From Giardia intestinalis (Eukaryota), in NCBI GenBank assembly GCA_000002435.2, contig CM018789.1: 64,000 nt of DNA. One strand, 5' to 3'. The position numbers and the translations under genes were made by a program. Positions 63,012 to 64,000 of this stretch are shown piece after piece. Each line of letters begins with the position of its first letter. Within the stretch, counting starts at the first letter, position 1. The notes under the pieces were generated by a model, which searched no databases, had not been told where the DNA came from, and saw nothing but the letters and a program-made list of their open reading frames with translations.

Positions 63012-64000
63012 CTAACCGTTGTATGCGAGGAGGTAAAGATAATTGGCATCGAATGCATTCATCATATCGAAAGAAAGGCTATCCTCAATAGCTTGCGCCT
63101 CAGCAGATGCCTTGTAAGAGAGGCTCGGAGTTTCCTCGCTGTCTAGTGCATCGTCGCTCCTGGATTTGTGCTTGTCCTTACTTCTCCTTTTCTTCTTGCT
63201 ATCTGTGCTCAGCTGATGTTTAGCGGATTGGCCCTTGGCAGACAAAGATTGAGTGGTTGGAAAAGCGCCTCCCTGCAAGGACCTCTTGAATTCAGCATCA
63301 GACGCCCTCTTGCTTAGCGCTAGGAACTCTGCATCACCGTGAGTAGCCAAGAGGGCCTTGAGATTGGCCAAGCGGTCACTAAGGTTCTGATTTTCTGCCA
63401 AGCGCTTCTTCAGCTTCGCAATGAGCACATCACGCTGGTTCTCTGTTTCTGCGAGCCTTATCTGATGAAGCATAAGAAGCTTTTCAATAAGCTCGATGAG
63501 ATAAGACAAGTCTTGATTGGCCTTCTCAAAACGCCTCGTCAGATCATTGATCAGATAGTCTCTATCCGTCTCCACGCTCTTCAGATGCTTACGATAATCA
63601 TGGAGGGCCTTCTCCTTAGACTTTTCTATCTCCTTAATCTTCTCATCCATGGCCTCCTGAGAGTACAGCTTCTCCATGTCTTCGAGCTCCTTGCACTTCG
63701 CACGAAAGTTATCAAGGATACTATCTCTGTCCTTCTCAACATCCGCAAGTTGACCTTTTAATTTATCAACGACGTCAGTGCGGTTCTTTTCAACAGACTC
63801 AATGCGCTCCTGAAACTTCTTCATGAGTAGATACTTCTCTGCCTCAAGGTCCTCAATCTTCTCACGGAGCTCTGTTATAAGCGTAAGATGCTTTGCCTCA
63901 ATGTCGTTGCAGCGACTAACCAGGAGCGTGCTGATAATATCGCGCTCATCTTCCGCCTTGATTGCGCGCAGCTCCAGCAATTTGGTCCTTTCTAGAAGGC
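63012..64000 (-). CDS. Coiled-coil protein, 5'-truncated by the window end
   Basis: Heptad-rich Glu/Lys/Leu sequence (ELREKIEDLEAEKYLLMKKFQERIESVEKNR...). The reading frame stays open to position 64000. The apparent M at 63980 is a TTG codon, so the true start lies beyond the window. Confidence 0.6.
   Translation of the reverse strand, partial: LLERTKLLELRAIKAEDERDIISTLLVSRCNDIEAKHLTLITELREKIEDLEAEKYLLMKKFQERIESVEKNRTDVVDKLKGQLADVEKDRDSILDNFRAKCKELEDMEKLYSQEAMDEKIKEIEKSKEKALHDYRKHLKSVETDRDYLINDLTRRFEKANQDLSYLIELIEKLLMLHQIRLAETENQRDVLIAKLKKRLAENQNLSDRLANLKALLATHGDAEFLALSKRASDAEFKRSLQGGAFPTTQSLSAKGQSAKHQLSTDSKKKRRSKDKHKSRSDDALDSEETPSLSYKASAEAQAIEDSLSFDMMNAFDANYLYLLAYNG

Noticed and set aside
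62936-63058. N-terminal 41 codons of the PTEN-like ORF overlapping the 3' end of the coiled-coil gene
   Set aside because: PTEN homology begins at KNKRRY, immediately after the internal Met at 62935. Using that Met removes the 46-bp overlap and leaves a 76-bp spacer.
1-64000. Prokaryotic interpretation (operons, CRISPR, defence islands, phage)
   Set aside because: Gene content is unambiguously eukaryotic (dynein heavy chain, CK2 beta, Ub-L40e, Pol III RPC5, PTEN, ankyrin proteins). No direct-repeat/spacer arrays are present, and there are no Shine-Dalgarno-spaced operon structures.

Overview
This window is eukaryotic, not prokaryotic. It is 64 kb of an intron-poor, extremely gene-dense protist chromosome. 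The best fit is a diplomonad of the Giardia type; that is an inference from sequence features alone, and no database search was possible. The evidence for that placement is: (1) long uninterrupted ORFs for classic eukaryotic proteins (axonemal-type dynein heavy chain, CK2 beta, ubiquitin-L40e fusion, RNA polymerase III subunit RPC5, PTEN, MAK16, LAS1). (2) Head-to-head and tail-to-tail genes separated by only 2-30 bp. (3) Short A/T-rich tracts immediately upstream of the ATGs, with no room for long 5' UTRs. (4) AGTRAAY hexamer-like motifs overlapping or just after stop codons. (5) Several ankyrin-repeat proteins (21.1-like), an ankyrin-bearing kinase-like protein with degenerate catalytic motifs, and a highly divergent ubiquitin moiety on a ribosomal fusion. 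Layout: the left ~7.3 kb is atypical. It holds visibly GC-rich, apparently non-coding blocks, an apparently identical ~959-bp direct repeat present twice 5,797 bp apart (copy A is cut by the window start), one ankyrin-repeat gene and an ~800-bp ORF-free spacer. From ~7.33 kb onward the window is a typical compact core of ~30 genes on both strands: Ub-L40e, two CMGC kinases (MAK/ICK-like and DYRK-like), MAK16, SAM synthetase, M24 aminopeptidase, TRM9-like methyltransferase, DEAD-box helicase, CK2 beta, APRT, an amino-acid transporter, an ankyrin-bearing NEK-like (tentative family) pseudokinase, RPC5, a 5,631-aa dynein heavy chain, LAS1-like, PTEN-like phosphatase, and several hypothetical or low-complexity proteins. 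No CRISPR, prokaryotic defence, recognisable transposon or rRNA/tRNA gene could be supported. The most notable unexplained items are the identical GC-rich repeat with a sharp identity boundary, and a ~470-bp GC-rich island (about 28950-29420) inside an unusually long intergenic region, which is a candidate structured ncRNA.
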